A stretch of DNA of 64,000 nt from Nibricoccus sp. (GCA_047602425.1 JASGHG010000001.1:3328001-3392000), one strand, 5' to 3'; shown: positions 37,447 to 49,083, counted from the first letter of the stretch. The notes: generated from the letters alone by a model not told the origin. Made by a program: numbers and translations.

Positions 37447-38511
37447 ATGACCAAACGCATCACCCAAATGGCAAGCGTGGCCGCGCTTTCACTTGTCGCG
37501 ACCGCCACCTCCTTCGCCGACGTCAAGCTTAACGACAACATCTCCCTGAGCGGATACGTTGTCGGTCTCGCAGATTCGAAATCAATCGATAAAACCGAAA
37601 ATGTATCCGGCTTGGACATACAAGCCACCAAGCTCGCCACCAAGGTCAACTTTGCACCGGTCAGCGGCACGGTGAGCCTCTTTGCGGGTTCCGATAACAA
37701 AGTCGCCGTGCTCGACGCCTATGCAACCTACGACCTGGGCGGTGGCACTTCCGTAACCGGCGGCAAATTCCTGAGCTGGCTTGGTTATGAGGCGTTTGAT
37801 CCGGTCAATATGATCAATATTACCTATGCCTGGTCCACCGATGCGCTCGGCGCTTTTCCCGGCATCCCCGGCTATCACACGGGCGTGAAAGTTGAATACA
37901 GCACCGACACGATGGGCGCCGGTTTGGCCGTCGTGGATTCGAACGACTCCAACTTCTTCACCGACGTCAAGAAGGGCGACGGCGATCTCGACAACGGAGC
38001 CGGCCTCGAAGGTTACTACACCTACAAGGGCAAGGCCCTCACGGTCTTCCTCGGCGCCGCGTACAACAGCGCCGAAACCGAACCTGGCTCAACCTACTAC
38101 GTGAGCCCCGCCGACACCGGCTTCAAGAGCTACAGCGGCGATATTTGGGTGCAATACGTGGTTGGTCAGTTGACCATCGCTGGTGAATATTCGCTCTACA
38201 AGGCCAAGTTCGATCCGATCCCCGGCACTCCTCCGATTCAGGTCAAGGATCTGAAGACGTACTTCGCCGGTGTTTGGGTCAAGTATGCGGTTTCGGATAA
38301 ATTCGCCCTCGTGGGCCGCGTTTCCACCGGCAAGACCAATCTCTACGGCGCGGCTGACAAGCCCACCTACGTGAAGTACACCTTCTCTCCGGTTCTGACC
38401 GTCACGGGCAACTTGGAGATCTGCGGCGAAGCCAGCTACACGACCTACGACAAGATCGATCCGATCGATTCGAGCACGTACTTCGGCGTCCAGGCCCGCT
38501 TCAAGTTCTAA
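37447..38511 (+). CDS. Outer-membrane beta-barrel (putative porin) heading the urea operon
   Basis: Signal peptide; [14 protein letters not shown] motif; amphipathic beta-strands; C-terminal Phe (QARFKF). Confidence 0.8.
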   Translation: MTKRITQMASVAALSLVATATSFADVKLNDNISLSGYVVGLADSKSIDKTENVSGLDIQATKLATKVNFAPVSGTVSLFAGSDNKVAVLDAYATYDLGGGTSVTGGKFLSWLGYEAFDPVNMINITYAWSTDALGAFPGIPGYHTGVKVEYSTDTMGAGLAVVDSNDSNFFTDVKKGDGDLDNGAGLEGYYTYKGKALTVFLGAAYNSAETEPGSTYYVSPADTGFKSYSGDIWVQYVVGQLTIAGEYSLYKAKFDPIPGTPPIQVKDLKTYFAGVWVKYAVSDKFALVGRVSTGKTNLYGAADKPTYVKYTFSPVLTVTGNLEICGEASYTTYDKIDPIDSSTYFGVQARFKF

Positions 38512-38660
38512 GCGCGCCGACCCCTTATCCGCGCCGTTGTAGTCAAAACTCCGATACAGCGGAGCCATGGTGCAACGGCGCGTCTTTAAAACTTTTGCAG
38601 GCCGAGGCCTGTTCGCCCGGCCTGCTTCTCACCCGCATCCCCCTGCAGCATCTGAACAAA

Positions 38661-39929
38661 ATGATCACAAAAGCATTCAAGCTCCTGTCCGCCGGCGCGC
38701 TCGCGCTCGGCTTGTTCGCCTCCTCACAAGCCGCCGAAAAAACCGTCAAAGTCGGCGTGCTCCACTCACTCTCCGGCACCATGGCGATCAGTGAAACATC
38801 GCTGCGCGATGTGTTGCTCTTCACCTTCGACGAGATCAACGCCGCCGGTGGTATCAAGGTCGGCGGCGACACGTACAAAATCGTCCCGGTTGTCGTGGAC
38901 GGTGCGTCCAACTGGCCGCTGTTCCGCGAAAAAGCCGAACAACTTCTCAACGTCGACAAGGTTTCGGTGACTTTCGGTTGCTGGACTTCCGTTTCGCGCA
39001 AATCCGTTTTGCCCGCCTACGAAAAAGCCAACGGCCTGCTCTTCTATCCCGTGCAATACGAGGGTGAGGAAGAGTCGCCGAACGTTTGCTACACTGCCGA
39101 GGCCGTCAATCAGCAGGCCACTCCCGCGGTCGACTACTATCTCGCCGAGGGCAAAAAGAAATTCTATCTGCTCGGCTCCGACTACGTTTATCCGCAAACC
39201 ACCAACCTTGTTCTTCTCGAGTATCTCCTTTCCAAAGGCGTTCCGCTCGAAAATATCGGCGGCGGTTTCCGCAAGGACGAATCCGGCAAGATCATCTCGG
39301 CTGGCAAATACACGCCCTTCGGCCACACGGACTATCAGCAGATCGTTGCCGATATTAAACAGTTCGCCGCTTCTGGTGACGCCTGTGTGATCTCCACGCT
39401 CAACGGCGACACCAACGTTCCTTTCTTCAAGGAATATGCTGCATCCGGCCTCACCGCCGAAACCTGCCCGGTCGTTTCGTTCTCGATTTCCGAGGATGAA
39501 TTCCGCGGTCTTCCCGCGGACAAACTCGTCGGACAGCTCGGTTGCTGGACTTACTTCCAGTCGCTCGCCACCCCGGCCAACAAAAAATTCGTCGCCAGTT
39601 TCCAAGCCTGGCTGAAAAAGAGCACGGTGCCGGGCATCGTGAAGGAAGGCCGTGTCACTTGCTCGCCGATGGTGTTGAGCTACGACGGCGTTTACCTCTG
39701 GAAGGCTTGCGTTGAGAAAGCGGGCACCTTCGATGTCGACGCCGTTCGCGCCGCGTGGAAAGCCGGCGTCTCATTCGCCGGTCCCGGCGGCACGGTCACC
39801 ACGCAGAAAAACATGCATCTGACCAAGAACGTCTACATCGGCGAAACCAAAGCCGACGGTCAGTTCAAAATCCTCAAGTCCTTCGACAACGTTTACGGCG
39901 AACCCTGGCTCAAGGGTAAATTCAAGTAA
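38661..39929 (+). CDS. urtA: Urea ABC transporter substrate-binding protein
   Basis: [40 protein letters not shown] and GSDYVYP motifs. Confidence 0.95.
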   Translation: MITKAFKLLSAGALALGLFASSQAAEKTVKVGVLHSLSGTMAISETSLRDVLLFTFDEINAAGGIKVGGDTYKIVPVVVDGASNWPLFREKAEQLLNVDKVSVTFGCWTSVSRKSVLPAYEKANGLLFYPVQYEGEEESPNVCYTAEAVNQQATPAVDYYLAEGKKKFYLLGSDYVYPQTTNLVLLEYLLSKGVPLENIGGGFRKDESGKIISAGKYTPFGHTDYQQIVADIKQFAASGDACVISTLNGDTNVPFFKEYAASGLTAETCPVVSFSISEDEFRGLPADKLVGQLGCWTYFQSLATPANKKFVASFQAWLKKSTVPGIVKEGRVTCSPMVLSYDGVYLWKACVEKAGTFDVDAVRAAWKAGVSFAGPGGTVTTQKNMHLTKNVYIGETKADGQFKILKSFDNVYGEPWLKGKFK

Positions 39930-39972
39930 TTAGCCGAACAACTCCCTAGAGACTTTTTGTAGTGTGTTTCTC

Positions 39973-40014
39973 CAGGAGGGGTGGACCCCCGTTAAGGTTC
40001 CATCCCTCCTGTTT
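39973..40014 (+). terminator. Stem-loop after urtA (partial terminator or mRNA stabiliser)
   Basis: CAGGAGGGGTGGACC...GGTTCCATCCCTCCTG followed by TTT. Confidence 0.6.
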
Positions 40015-40047
40015 GGTTTAAAACTGTATTTAAAAAATTCATACCAC

Positions 40048-41829
40048 GTGATTTACCCCGTGCGCCAGTTTCTCAAGGTCTTGGTTAGCTTCCTGGTTTT
40101 TTCGACCGCCATAGCGGCTGAAACACCACGCGAGACGATTCAGCGTGCCATTCTCGCGCCCGACGACGCTGCGCGCCGCGAATTGATTCTTTCCCTGGTA
40201 GGACAGGGCGACGAGGCCATCGAACCCTTGCTCAACGCCTGGCGCAAAGACGCGCTTCACTTTTACACTGCGCCTGATGGAACGCGAATTCCGATCCAAC
40301 TCACAGGTGAAAAAGACGACGCGGGCACGCAGGAGGCCTTGCGAGTGGCCGATGGCAAAATTCTGACCGGGACGGACGGCAAACCGCTTCGTCTCCCGGC
40401 GACAGAATTACCGGCGGTCGAACATGACTCCGCGCTTCGCCGCGCAATGAAGGCGGTTCTCGATCTGATCGATCTCGGCGCGGCTGATCCGGCGAAGCGC
40501 ATCAAGGCGATCCAAACCATCGGCCAGGCCCAGGACGTTTCAAAACTCCCGGCTTTGCATGCCCGTGCCAAGCTTGAGACGGACTCCAACGTTCAGCGCT
40601 TTCTCCGCGAAGCCATCAATTTGATCCAATTGAAAGATCCAAAGACCGAGGTGAAGGTCGCCGCCATTGCCGAACTTCGCCAGCTGCATACCTTGAGCAG
40701 CACGGATTTCCTCAATCGGACGCTCAAAGAAGCCGAGGCCTCCGGTAACAATGAAGTCGCCCGGGCGGCGCGGCTGGCCCTTATGGCGGTCGAGGAACAC
40801 CGAAGCGTGGTGAATTTTTGCGGCACGCTGTTCCGCGGCGTCAGCGCAGGGAGCATTCTGCTCGTGCTCGCCGTGGGCTTGGCGATTACCTTTGGTTTGA
40901 TGGGCGTGATCAACATGGCCCACGGAGAGATGGTCGCGGTGGGAGCGTACACGACCTATCTCGTGCAGAATTTCTTCGGCGACGGCATCACCATTCCCGC
41001 TTTCGGCCTGAGCCTGACCATCCCGGGACTTCATCTCACGGGCGCGGCCTACAACGCTTATTTTGTCGCCGCGCTTCCGCTCAGTTTCCTTGCCGCGGCG
41101 CTGGTCGGCATCGGCTTGGAGCGATCGATTGTTCAGTTCCTCTATCGTCGTCCGCTCGAAAGCCTGTTGGCGACGTGGGGCGTGTCGCAGGTGTTGCAGC
41201 AGGTGTTCCGCCTGATGTTTGGTCCCAACAACGTCAACGTTTCGAGCCCCTCGTTTTTGAGCGGCAGTTATACGGTCAACGACATCGATTTTGCATGGAA
41301 GCGGCTGTTCGTGATTGGATTTGGGATTTTGATCATTGTGGGCATTTCGCTCGTGATGAAAAAGACCTCGCTCGGCCTGCTCATGCGCGCGGTCACACAA
41401 AACCGAACCATGGCCTCCTGCATGGGCGTGCGCACCAGCCGAGTGAACATGATGACGTTCGCATTGGGCAGCGGCCTCGCGGGACTCGCCGGCGCCTTCA
41501 TCAGCCAGATTGACAATGTGGGCCCTGCGCTTGGCCAGACCTACATCGTGGAATCTTTCATGGTGGTGGTGCTCGGTGGTGTAGGCAGCTTGGGCGGCAC
41601 CGTCGTGAGCGCCGTGGGCATTGGCAGCGTCGACAATCTTTTTCAGCAGTACGTGCCGACTTGGGCGCCGGGCCTCGCAGGTGTGCCGTACATCGGCAAC
41701 TTTCTGCAGAACCTCGGTCAGGACTCGGCGGTATTCGGAAAAATCTTTGTCCTTGCCGGTATCATCTTGTTCCTGCAATGGCGGCCCGCCGGCCTGTTCG
41801 TCACCCGCAACCGCAGTCTGGAAGGCTGA
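40048..41829 (+). CDS. urtB: Urea ABC transporter permease
   Basis: GLAITFGLMGVINMAHGE and RPLESLLATWG motifs; long periplasmic N-terminal domain; GTG start uncertain. Confidence 0.93.
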   Translation: MIYPVRQFLKVLVSFLVFSTAIAAETPRETIQRAILAPDDAARRELILSLVGQGDEAIEPLLNAWRKDALHFYTAPDGTRIPIQLTGEKDDAGTQEALRVADGKILTGTDGKPLRLPATELPAVEHDSALRRAMKAVLDLIDLGAADPAKRIKAIQTIGQAQDVSKLPALHARAKLETDSNVQRFLREAINLIQLKDPKTEVKVAAIAELRQLHTLSSTDFLNRTLKEAEASGNNEVARAARLALMAVEEHRSVVNFCGTLFRGVSAGSILLVLAVGLAITFGLMGVINMAHGEMVAVGAYTTYLVQNFFGDGITIPAFGLSLTIPGLHLTGAAYNAYFVAALPLSFLAAALVGIGLERSIVQFLYRRPLESLLATWGVSQVLQQVFRLMFGPNNVNVSSPSFLSGSYTVNDIDFAWKRLFVIGFGILIIVGISLVMKKTSLGLLMRAVTQNRTMASCMGVRTSRVNMMTFALGSGLAGLAGAFISQIDNVGPALGQTYIVESFMVVVLGGVGSLGGTVVSAVGIGSVDNLFQQYVPTWAPGLAGVPYIGNFLQNLGQDSAVFGKIFVLAGIILFLQWRPAGLFVTRNRSLEG

Positions 41830-41832
41830 CGC

Positions 41833-42990
41833 ATGACTCTCTCGAACACGGACAATTCCAAACGGTTTAAAATCGAACTGGCTGCAGTCGCCGCGATTAG
41901 TTTTTTCCTGCTCGTTGTCGTGCCGCTTCTCGCTCCCTATGGCGTGACGAGCGGGCTTTGGGGAAAATATCTGAGCTACGCGTTGCTCGCGATTTCGGTC
42001 GATCTCCTGTGGGGCAGTACGGGCCTGCTGAGCTTGGGGCAGGCATTGTTTTTCTCCATCGGCGGCTACATGCACGGCATGTACCTGATGCGCATGATCG
42101 GCGAACTCGGGCAATACAAGAAGCCGATTCCCGATTTCCTTGTTTTCCTTGGTTGGACAAAACTACCCGCATTTTGGGAACCCTTCAGCAGTTTCGGCTT
42201 TGCCATGTTCATGGTGGTGCTTGTGCCGGCTCTGGTCGCGTATGTTTTCGGATATCTGGCGTTTCGTTCGCGCATCAAAGGTGTGTATTTCTCGATCCTC
42301 ACGCAGGCACTGACCTACGCGGCTTCGATTATTTTCTTTCGCAACAACCTTCTGATGGGTGGCAACAACGGCTTCACCGATTTCAAGTTCATCCTCGGCC
42401 ATTCGCTGGTCGACAAGGTTCAGGGCCCGAAAACGATGACCGCGTTGTACGTCGTGACGGGCGTCACGCTGTTGCTCGTTTACCTTTTTCGTCGCTGGCT
42501 GCGCACGACGAAATTCGGCCTCGTACAGCAGGCGATCCGCGATGGCGAAAATCGCACCCTCTTCAGCGGTTACGCCACCGAGCACTACAAATTGTTCGTT
42601 TTCGTTCTTTGCGCAGTCATTGCATCGATCGGTGGCGCGCTTTACGTGCCGCAGGCGGCCATCATCAATCCCGAGGAAATGCGGACGGCCAACTCGCTTG
42701 AAGCTGTGGTTTGGGTCGCGGTGGGTGGACGCGGCACACTATTTGGGCCGATTCTTGGCGCGGTCTTTGTCAATGCCCTGAAAAGCTGGGCGACCCAGGG
42801 CGTTACGGCCAATTACTGGCCAATCATCATCGGTGGCTTGTGCATTGGCGTCGTTTTGTTTCTTCCAGGTGGTTTGGTTAGTTTGCCTGCGCGACTGGCT
42901 CCGCTCTGGAAGCGAATGAAACGACCCGGTTCACAGGAGATCGCCCCGCCGCCGACGCCGAAAGTGGAAACAGTCTCGCCCAAATCCTAA
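41833..42990 (+). CDS. urtC: Urea ABC transporter permease
   Basis: DLLWG.TGLLSLG, RSRIKGVYFSI.TQA, GGNNGFTDF and WVAVGGRGTL motifs. Confidence 0.95.
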   Translation: MTLSNTDNSKRFKIELAAVAAISFFLLVVVPLLAPYGVTSGLWGKYLSYALLAISVDLLWGSTGLLSLGQALFFSIGGYMHGMYLMRMIGELGQYKKPIPDFLVFLGWTKLPAFWEPFSSFGFAMFMVVLVPALVAYVFGYLAFRSRIKGVYFSILTQALTYAASIIFFRNNLLMGGNNGFTDFKFILGHSLVDKVQGPKTMTALYVVTGVTLLLVYLFRRWLRTTKFGLVQQAIRDGENRTLFSGYATEHYKLFVFVLCAVIASIGGALYVPQAAIINPEEMRTANSLEAVVWVAVGGRGTLFGPILGAVFVNALKSWATQGVTANYWPIIIGGLCIGVVLFLPGGLVSLPARLAPLWKRMKRPGSQEIAPPPTPKVETVSPKS

Positions 42991-42995
42991 GCACC

Positions 42996-43766
42996 ATGGC
43001 GCATCCCATTCTTACCGTCGAAGACGTTTCGAAAACCTATGATGGGTTCAAAGCCATCTCGAACCTGCATTTTTATTTGTTCGAGGGTGAACTGCGCACC
43101 GTCATCGGGCCAAACGGCGCGGGCAAATCCACGTTTTTCGATCTCATCACCGGCCGGGCCAAGCCCGACAAGGGGAAGATCGAATTCGGCAGCGATCCCG
43201 CGGCCAGCCACGACCTCACCGGGCTCAACGAATACGAGATCAACCGCCTTGGCGTGGGTCGGAAATTCCAAACGCCGAGCGTTTTTACCGAACATACCGT
43301 TTGGGATAATTTGGTGCTTTCCATCAAAGGCCCGCGCGGCGTTTTTAGTTCGCTTTTCCGCCGCCTGGATTCGGCGGATGTCGATCGTATCGACGAATTG
43401 TTGAAGCTCGTGCGCCTCGACGGAAAGCGTCATTGGAAAGCGGGTTTGCTCGCGCATGGCGAAAAGCAATGGCTCGAAATCGCGATGCTTCTCGCGCAGG
43501 AACCCAAGGTGCTGCTCGTGGATGAGCCTGCCGCCGGCATGACTGACGAGGAGACACATCGCACGGGCGAACTCCTTCTTTCGCTCGCAGGGAAACACAG
43601 TCTCGTCGTGATCGAGCACGACATGACCTTTGTCCGGCAAATCGCCCGCGACAACAAAGTCACCGTGCTGCATCAGGGTACGGTTCTGTGCGAAGGCCAG
43701 TTCGACGAAGTGCAATCCAACCAGAAAGTTCGCGAAGTCTATCTTGGCCGCGGCAAGAAAAACTGA
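42996..43766 (+). CDS. urtD: Urea ABC transporter ATP-binding protein
   Basis: GPNGAGKS, GRKFQTP, HGEKQWLEI and EVYLGR motifs. Confidence 0.95.
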   Translation: MAHPILTVEDVSKTYDGFKAISNLHFYLFEGELRTVIGPNGAGKSTFFDLITGRAKPDKGKIEFGSDPAASHDLTGLNEYEINRLGVGRKFQTPSVFTEHTVWDNLVLSIKGPRGVFSSLFRRLDSADVDRIDELLKLVRLDGKRHWKAGLLAHGEKQWLEIAMLLAQEPKVLLVDEPAAGMTDEETHRTGELLLSLAGKHSLVVIEHDMTFVRQIARDNKVTVLHQGTVLCEGQFDEVQSNQKVREVYLGRGKKN

Positions 43767-43775
43767 TTTTATCCC

Positions 43776-44588
43776 ATGGTCGCCTCCAGTTCATCGCAGC
43801 CCGTTCTGAAACTCACATCGGTCGAAGCCGACATTGGTGGTTCGCGCATCCTGCGTGGCGTTGACTTCGATGTTCGTCCCGGCGAGGTGGTCGCTCTTAT
43901 GGGGCGTAACGGCGTTGGGAAAACGACCACGCTCAAGGCCATCACGGGCGTCCTGGCGGTTCGGTCAGGTTCGGTTATTTTCGACGGCAAACCTATCCAC
44001 AAACTTTCCATGGATGTCAGGGCGCGCGCAGGCATCGGCTACGTGCCGCAGGGTCGCGATATTTTCCCGCATCTCACCGTGGAGGAAAATTTGCACATTG
44101 GGCTCGTGGTGCACAAACGCCGCGGTGCCGAGGCCCGCGAGGCGCTTGCGCGTGTGTACGACCTGTTCCCCGTGTTGAAGGAAATGCTCTCCCGCAAAGG
44201 CGGCGTGCTTTCCGGCGGCCAGCAGCAGCAACTCGCGATCGGTCGTGCATTGTTGACCAACCCGAAAATTCTTATCCTCGACGAACCAACCGAGGGGATA
44301 CAACCCTCGATCATCGACCAGATCGGCGATACGTTGAAAAAACTCACGACACCGCCGCCGCCACCCGAGGCCATCGATCAAGCCGCGCAGGCGGTTGCGG
44401 AAATTCAGAATGCCGTAAAGCAGCTCAAGAAAAATTCGTCGCTGGCGATTCTTCTCGTCGAGCAATACGTGGATTTTTGCCGTGAAGTGGCCGACCGCTT
44501 TTACGCGATGGATCGCGGCACGGTTGTTGTCAGCGGTCTCATCAACCAGTTGACAGACGAAGTTGTGAAGGAACATTTGCAGGTCTAA
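43776..44588 (+). CDS. urtE: Urea ABC transporter ATP-binding protein
   Basis: [35 protein letters not shown] and LVEQY motifs. Confidence 0.95.
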   Translation: MVASSSSQPVLKLTSVEADIGGSRILRGVDFDVRPGEVVALMGRNGVGKTTTLKAITGVLAVRSGSVIFDGKPIHKLSMDVRARAGIGYVPQGRDIFPHLTVEENLHIGLVVHKRRGAEAREALARVYDLFPVLKEMLSRKGGVLSGGQQQQLAIGRALLTNPKILILDEPTEGIQPSIIDQIGDTLKKLTTPPPPPEAIDQAAQAVAEIQNAVKQLKKNSSLAILLVEQYVDFCREVADRFYAMDRGTVVVSGLINQLTDEVVKEHLQV

Positions 44589-44596
44589 AATCCGCC

Positions 44597-44899
44597 ATGC
44601 ATCTCACCCCGCGCGAACGCGAAAAACTCCTGATTGTAACCGCCGCCGATCTTGCCCGGCGTCGGCAAAGTCGCGGTCTCAAGCTCAATTATCCCGAGGC
44701 TGTGGCCATCATCACCTACGAGATCATTGAAGGTGCGCGCGACGGCAAGACTGTGGCCGAGCTCATGAGTTCCGGCACGACCATCCTCAAGCGTGCGGAC
44801 GTGATGGAAGGCGTGCCGGAAATGATCCACGACGTGCAAGTCGAGGCCACATTCCCCGACGGCACAAAACTCGTCACTGTGCATAATCCAATAAGATGA
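44597..44899 (+). CDS. ureA: Urease gamma subunit
   Basis: [20 protein letters not shown] and [17 protein letters not shown] motifs. Confidence 0.99.
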   Translation: MHLTPREREKLLIVTAADLARRRQSRGLKLNYPEAVAIITYEIIEGARDGKTVAELMSSGTTILKRADVMEGVPEMIHDVQVEATFPDGTKLVTVHNPIR

Positions 44900-44906
44900 T
44901 TTTTCT

Positions 44907-45027
44907 CCACAGAGAACAAGGAGCTCGCACACAGAGCGCAGGAGTTCGATTCTTTTTCGTGATCGGCCCTTTTTGCTCGGCTGTTTCTCTCCGTGGCCTC
45001 TGTGTCCGAGCTCTGTCCACTCTGTGG
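44907..45027. repeat. Palindromic intergenic element CCACAGAG...CTCTGTGG, copy 1
   Basis: Imperfect long inverted repeat filling the ureA-ureB spacer. Confidence 0.75.
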
Positions 45028-45046
45028 CTAAAATGAAAACCCTCCC

Positions 45047-45394
45047 ATGATCCCCGGCGAAATTATCACGGCCGACGAGGCAGCCCAGCTGCAGGCCAAC
45101 CTCGGCCTCACCACACTCACGCTTGAAGTGGCCAATGTGGGCGATCGCCCAATTCAAGTTGGCTCGCATTATCATTTTTATGAAACCAACGAGGCTCTGG
45201 TTTTCGATCGTGCCGCCGCTCGTGGTTTCCGCCTCAACATTCCCGCTGGCACGGCGGTTCGTTTTGAAGCGGGTGACAAAAAAATCGTCGAGCTCGTCGC
45301 GCTGACCGGTGCCCGCGAAGTTTATGGCCTGAACGCGAAAGTGAACGGCAAACTCGATAAAAAATCTTCTGCCAGGAAGAAGAAAAGACGCTGA
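45047..45394 (+). CDS. ureB: Urease beta subunit
   Basis: [18 protein letters not shown] and [13 protein letters not shown] motifs. Confidence 0.99.
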   Translation: MIPGEIITADEAAQLQANLGLTTLTLEVANVGDRPIQVGSHYHFYETNEALVFDRAAARGFRLNIPAGTAVRFEAGDKKIVELVALTGAREVYGLNAKVNGKLDKKSSARKKKRR

Positions 45395-45407
45395 GCAAAT
45401 GATTTTC

Positions 45408-45574
45408 GCCACAGAGAACACCGAACTCGGACCCAGATCCACGGAGGTCAGGATCTGATTTTTAGATTAAAAAAACCAACTACAAACCGCCAACGATCGC
45501 TACGGAAACCCAAAGTTCTGCATGCCCAAGCGCTCTCTATGACCTCAATGGCTGAGCTTCGTGTCCTCTGTGGC
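45408..45574. repeat. Palindromic intergenic element CCACAGAG...CTCTGTGG, copy 2
   Basis: Same termini as copy 1 (CCACAGAGAACA and CTCTGTGGCTAAA), in the ureB-ureC spacer. Confidence 0.75.
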
Positions 45575-45588
45575 TAAACTTCTTTTCC

Positions 45589-47355
45589 ATGCCCCTTAAT
45601 CTTACCCGTCGCCAGTATGCCGAGATGTTTGGTCCGACCGTGGGCGACCGCGTGCGGTTGGCCGATACCGAGTTGTTCGTGCAAGTCGAGCGCGACCTCG
45701 TCGCCGAAAGTGGAGGTTACGGAAATGAGATTAAATTTGGCGGTGGTAAAGTGATCCGCGATGGCATGGGGCAATCTCCGACCGCGTCCGACGCCGAATC
45801 GCTCGATCTCGTCATCACCAATGCGCTTATTCTCGATCCAATTCTGGGCGTGATCAAGGCCGACATCGGCATCAAGCACGGCCTCATTGTCGGCATCGGC
45901 CACGCGGGCAATCCCGGAATTCAGCGCGGGATCGGTTCGGTCTACGTCGATCCCCGCACGAAAAAGAAAAACCCGATGATAGTTGGCGCGGCGACCGAGG
46001 TTCTTGCAGGCGAAGGGAGTATCGTGACCGCGGGCGGCATCGACACGCACATTCATTTTATCTGCCCGCAGCAGATCGACGAAGCGATCAGCGCGGGCAT
46101 CACCACCATGCTCGGTGGCGGCACCGGTCCGGCGCATGGCACCTTCGCCACGACCTGCACGCCCGGCGCGTGGAATCTCCACCGCATGCTTGAAGCGGCT
46201 GAGTCGTACCCAATGAATCTCGGTTTTCTCGGCAAGGGCAATTGCGCCACGCCGAAACCGCTGCGGGAACAAATCTATGCTGGAGCCATCGGCCTGAAGT
46301 TACATGAGGATTGGGGCACCACACCGGCTGCCATCGACAATTGCCTAGGTGTGGCGGACGAACTCGACGTGCAGGTCGCGATTCACACTGACACGTTGAA
46401 CGAGTCCGGTTATGTCGACGATACGATCAGGGCCTTCAAAGGTCGCACGATTCATACCTTCCACTCCGAAGGCGCCGGTGGCGGGCATGCCCCGGACATC
46501 ATTCGCGTCTGCGGCGAAGCGAACGTGTTGCCATCGTCAACCAACCCGACGCGTCCTTACACGGTGAACACAATCGATGAGCATCTCGACATGCTCATGG
46601 TTTGCCATCACCTCGATTCGAAAATCCCCGAGGATGTGTCCTTCGCGGAGTCGCGAATTCGCCCGGAGACGATTGCGATCGAGGACCGACTGCACGATCT
46701 TGGCGCGATCTCGATCATGTCATCCGATTCGCAGGCGATGGGCCGCATCGGCGAAGTGATCATTCGCACGTGGCAGACCGCGCACAAGATGAAGACGCAG
46801 TTTGGTGTGCTCAGCGGCAAGTCGCACGCTGCGGCCGACAACTTCCGCGCTCTCCGCTATCTCGCGAAGTATACAATCAATCCAGCGATCGCGCACGGTA
46901 TATCCCATATTGTTGGTTCGGTCGAAGTCGGAAAATTTGCCGACCTTGTGGTTTTTAAACCTGCGCTTTTTGGCGTGAAGCCCGAAGTCGTGTTGAAGGG
47001 CGGTTTCATTGCCTGGGCCAATATGGGCGATCCAAACGCTTCGATCCCCACGCCCCAGCCGACGTTTTATCGTCCGCAGTTTGGCGCCGCCGGTCGCGCA
47101 CTCGGCTCCACGAACATCACGTTCGTCAGTCAGGCGTCGCTCGACAAGGGCTCGTTGAAAAATCTCGGTCTGAAGCGTCGCTTGGAAGCGGTGAAGAATA
47201 CTCGTGGGATCGGCAAAAGCGACCTAGTGCTCAACGACGCTCTGCCAAAAATCGAGGTCGACCCTGAAACCTACACGGTCAAAGCCGACGGCGAAATCCT
47301 CACCTGCGAACCCGCCAAAATCCTGCCCATGGCTCAGCGTTATTTTTTGTTTTAG
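45589..47355 (+). CDS. ureC: Urease alpha subunit
   Basis: [38 protein letters not shown] and PMAQRYFLF motifs. Confidence 0.99.
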   Translation: MPLNLTRRQYAEMFGPTVGDRVRLADTELFVQVERDLVAESGGYGNEIKFGGGKVIRDGMGQSPTASDAESLDLVITNALILDPILGVIKADIGIKHGLIVGIGHAGNPGIQRGIGSVYVDPRTKKKNPMIVGAATEVLAGEGSIVTAGGIDTHIHFICPQQIDEAISAGITTMLGGGTGPAHGTFATTCTPGAWNLHRMLEAAESYPMNLGFLGKGNCATPKPLREQIYAGAIGLKLHEDWGTTPAAIDNCLGVADELDVQVAIHTDTLNESGYVDDTIRAFKGRTIHTFHSEGAGGGHAPDIIRVCGEANVLPSSTNPTRPYTVNTIDEHLDMLMVCHHLDSKIPEDVSFAESRIRPETIAIEDRLHDLGAISIMSSDSQAMGRIGEVIIRTWQTAHKMKTQFGVLSGKSHAAADNFRALRYLAKYTINPAIAHGISHIVGSVEVGKFADLVVFKPALFGVKPEVVLKGGFIAWANMGDPNASIPTPQPTFYRPQFGAAGRALGSTNITFVSQASLDKGSLKNLGLKRRLEAVKNTRGIGKSDLVLNDALPKIEVDPETYTVKADGEILTCEPAKILPMAQRYFLF

Positions 47356-47411
47356 GAAACTGAACGTCGCTTACGCCGCGTGCTGTTGCTTTGAAGGGTT
47401 TCCTTCGTCGC

Positions 47412-48125
47412 TTATGGCGTGATCGGCGGCAAATTCCAGATTTTCGGAGCGGCGTGGTCAAAAAAGGTGATCTGCGAAAAGGTTGCCGAAAATCCATTTT
47501 TCCCAAAACAGTGCACCGCGAAACCGGCTTTTATCTTTCCTTCAGTTTTTAACTGAAAATGGCGAACCATGCGCCAGATTTTTCCATCCGCTGAAAAGTG
47601 AAAGCTGAAGGCCGAACCCTTTCGCATGACGGCCAGGAATGCATAGTCGGCTGAAATTGTTTGCGAGTTGCAGTCGTCCGAAACGTCGCGGGTGACAACG
47701 GAGACAATCGTGGGTTCTTTAGCGATCGAGTTTTCGTAGCACAGTTTGGCCCAAGTGCGTTCATTTTCATAGACCACGAGTGCTGCCACATCGAAGATGT
47801 CCTGTAGCTTTCCAGAAACACGGGCCATCAGGATGAATTCTTCACCCGGCTCGAAGAGAACCATGGGAGCGTTGAGCGCCGGCTTTCCGCCTCGGGGATT
47901 TACATAGAGATTGGTCTCTCCGGCGGCGGCCATGAAAAATCCACCGTCAGGGTTAATCGCTAATTCCCTAGGGCTGTTAAGCACAACCAATTCACCGGGG
48001 ATAGCGGGCAGTTTGAGACGATTCAGGTCATTTTCACCGGCGGCTGCGGCGGACAAAAGACCCAAAAACATCGTGAATACGTGGAGTAGGTGGCTCCTTC
48101 GTGCTAAGGCCGAATTCATGGCCAT
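47412..48125 (-). CDS. DUF1349 (ConA-like) exported protein
   Basis: NAPMVLF, WAKLCYE, IVSVVTRDVSDDCN and FHFSADGKIW..VRHF motifs; start uncertain. Confidence 0.78.
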   Translation of the reverse strand: MAMNSALARRSHLLHVFTMFLGLLSAAAAGENDLNRLKLPAIPGELVVLNSPRELAINPDGGFFMAAAGETNLYVNPRGGKPALNAPMVLFEPGEEFILMARVSGKLQDIFDVAALVVYENERTWAKLCYENSIAKEPTIVSVVTRDVSDDCNSQTISADYAFLAVMRKGSAFSFHFSADGKIWRMVRHFQLKTEGKIKAGFAVHCFGKNGFSATFSQITFFDHAAPKIWNLPPITP

Positions 48126-48222
48126 CACTCTCTGAACGAGGATCCCTCGCAATGCGAGACTTCGAAAGGGAACTAAGATCTAACCGTAAGAATTGGTTCC
48201 AGTCGTTAAACGACTGTGGCGG

Positions 48223-49083
48223 TTAAGGATGGATCGGCTTCAACCGCACCCGTTCCGCTTTGATCGGTTGGCCGAGGAGACGGGCGCCGTGGGAGGCGAA
48301 CCAGTCGGCATCGTCAGTCGTGGCGAAACGATGCTGGCCATTGCGGCTCAGGCGGGATTCTTCCTCAGGATGGCGGTTCAGCCAGTCGGCGAGGCTTTCG
48401 GCGATAATCTCGGTTTGCGGCAAGATCCTGATTTCGCGCGGCACGACTCGGCGGATGACCGGCAGGAGAAGCGGATAATGCGTGCAGCCGAGGAGAATGC
48501 GTTGTGGCGGTTTCGTCCGGTTGAGGACCGGTTCGAGCGAACGGCGAACGAAATGCTCGGTGCCCGGCCCATCCAGTTCTCCCGTTTCGACCATCGCGGC
48601 CCAGAGGGGACAAGCTTGTTGAATGAGCTCGAGGTGGGGGGCGAGTTTGCGGATCTCAAGCCCGTAGGAATCGGAGGCGATGGTGCTTTCCGTGGCGAGC
48701 ACCGCGACCACGCCGGTCATGGGCGACGGAGTCGTCTCACCGGGAATAGCTCCGGGACGCAGGCAGGCGAGAGCCTCGACAGACGGACGCACGACGCCGA
48801 GAACGCGGCGGTCGGGGCGGCGGCGCGGCAGGTGGAGTTGCTGGATGTTGCGGAGCGCGCGGGCCGAGGCGGTGTTACAGGCGAGGATGACGAGGGTGCA
48901 ACCCTGGTCAAAGAGCCACTCAATGGTTTCCGTGGTGTATTCGGTGACGACATCGGCGCTGCGAGCACCATAAGGAGCGCGGGCGCTGTCAGCGACGAAG
49001 AGGTAATCATACTGCGGCAACGCGTTGAAGAGGGAGCCGAGTACGGTAAGTCCACCGAAGCCTGAATCGAAAACGCCGATCAT
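48223..49083 (-). CDS. murI: Glutamate racemase
   Basis: IGVFDSGFGGLTV, PYG, ACNTAS and LGCTHYP motifs. Confidence 0.96.
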   Translation of the reverse strand: MIGVFDSGFGGLTVLGSLFNALPQYDYLFVADSARAPYGARSADVVTEYTTETIEWLFDQGCTLVILACNTASARALRNIQQLHLPRRRPDRRVLGVVRPSVEALACLRPGAIPGETTPSPMTGVVAVLATESTIASDSYGLEIRKLAPHLELIQQACPLWAAMVETGELDGPGTEHFVRRSLEPVLNRTKPPQRILLGCTHYPLLLPVIRRVVPREIRILPQTEIIAESLADWLNRHPEEESRLSRNGQHRFATTDDADWFASHGARLLGQPIKAERVRLKPIHP

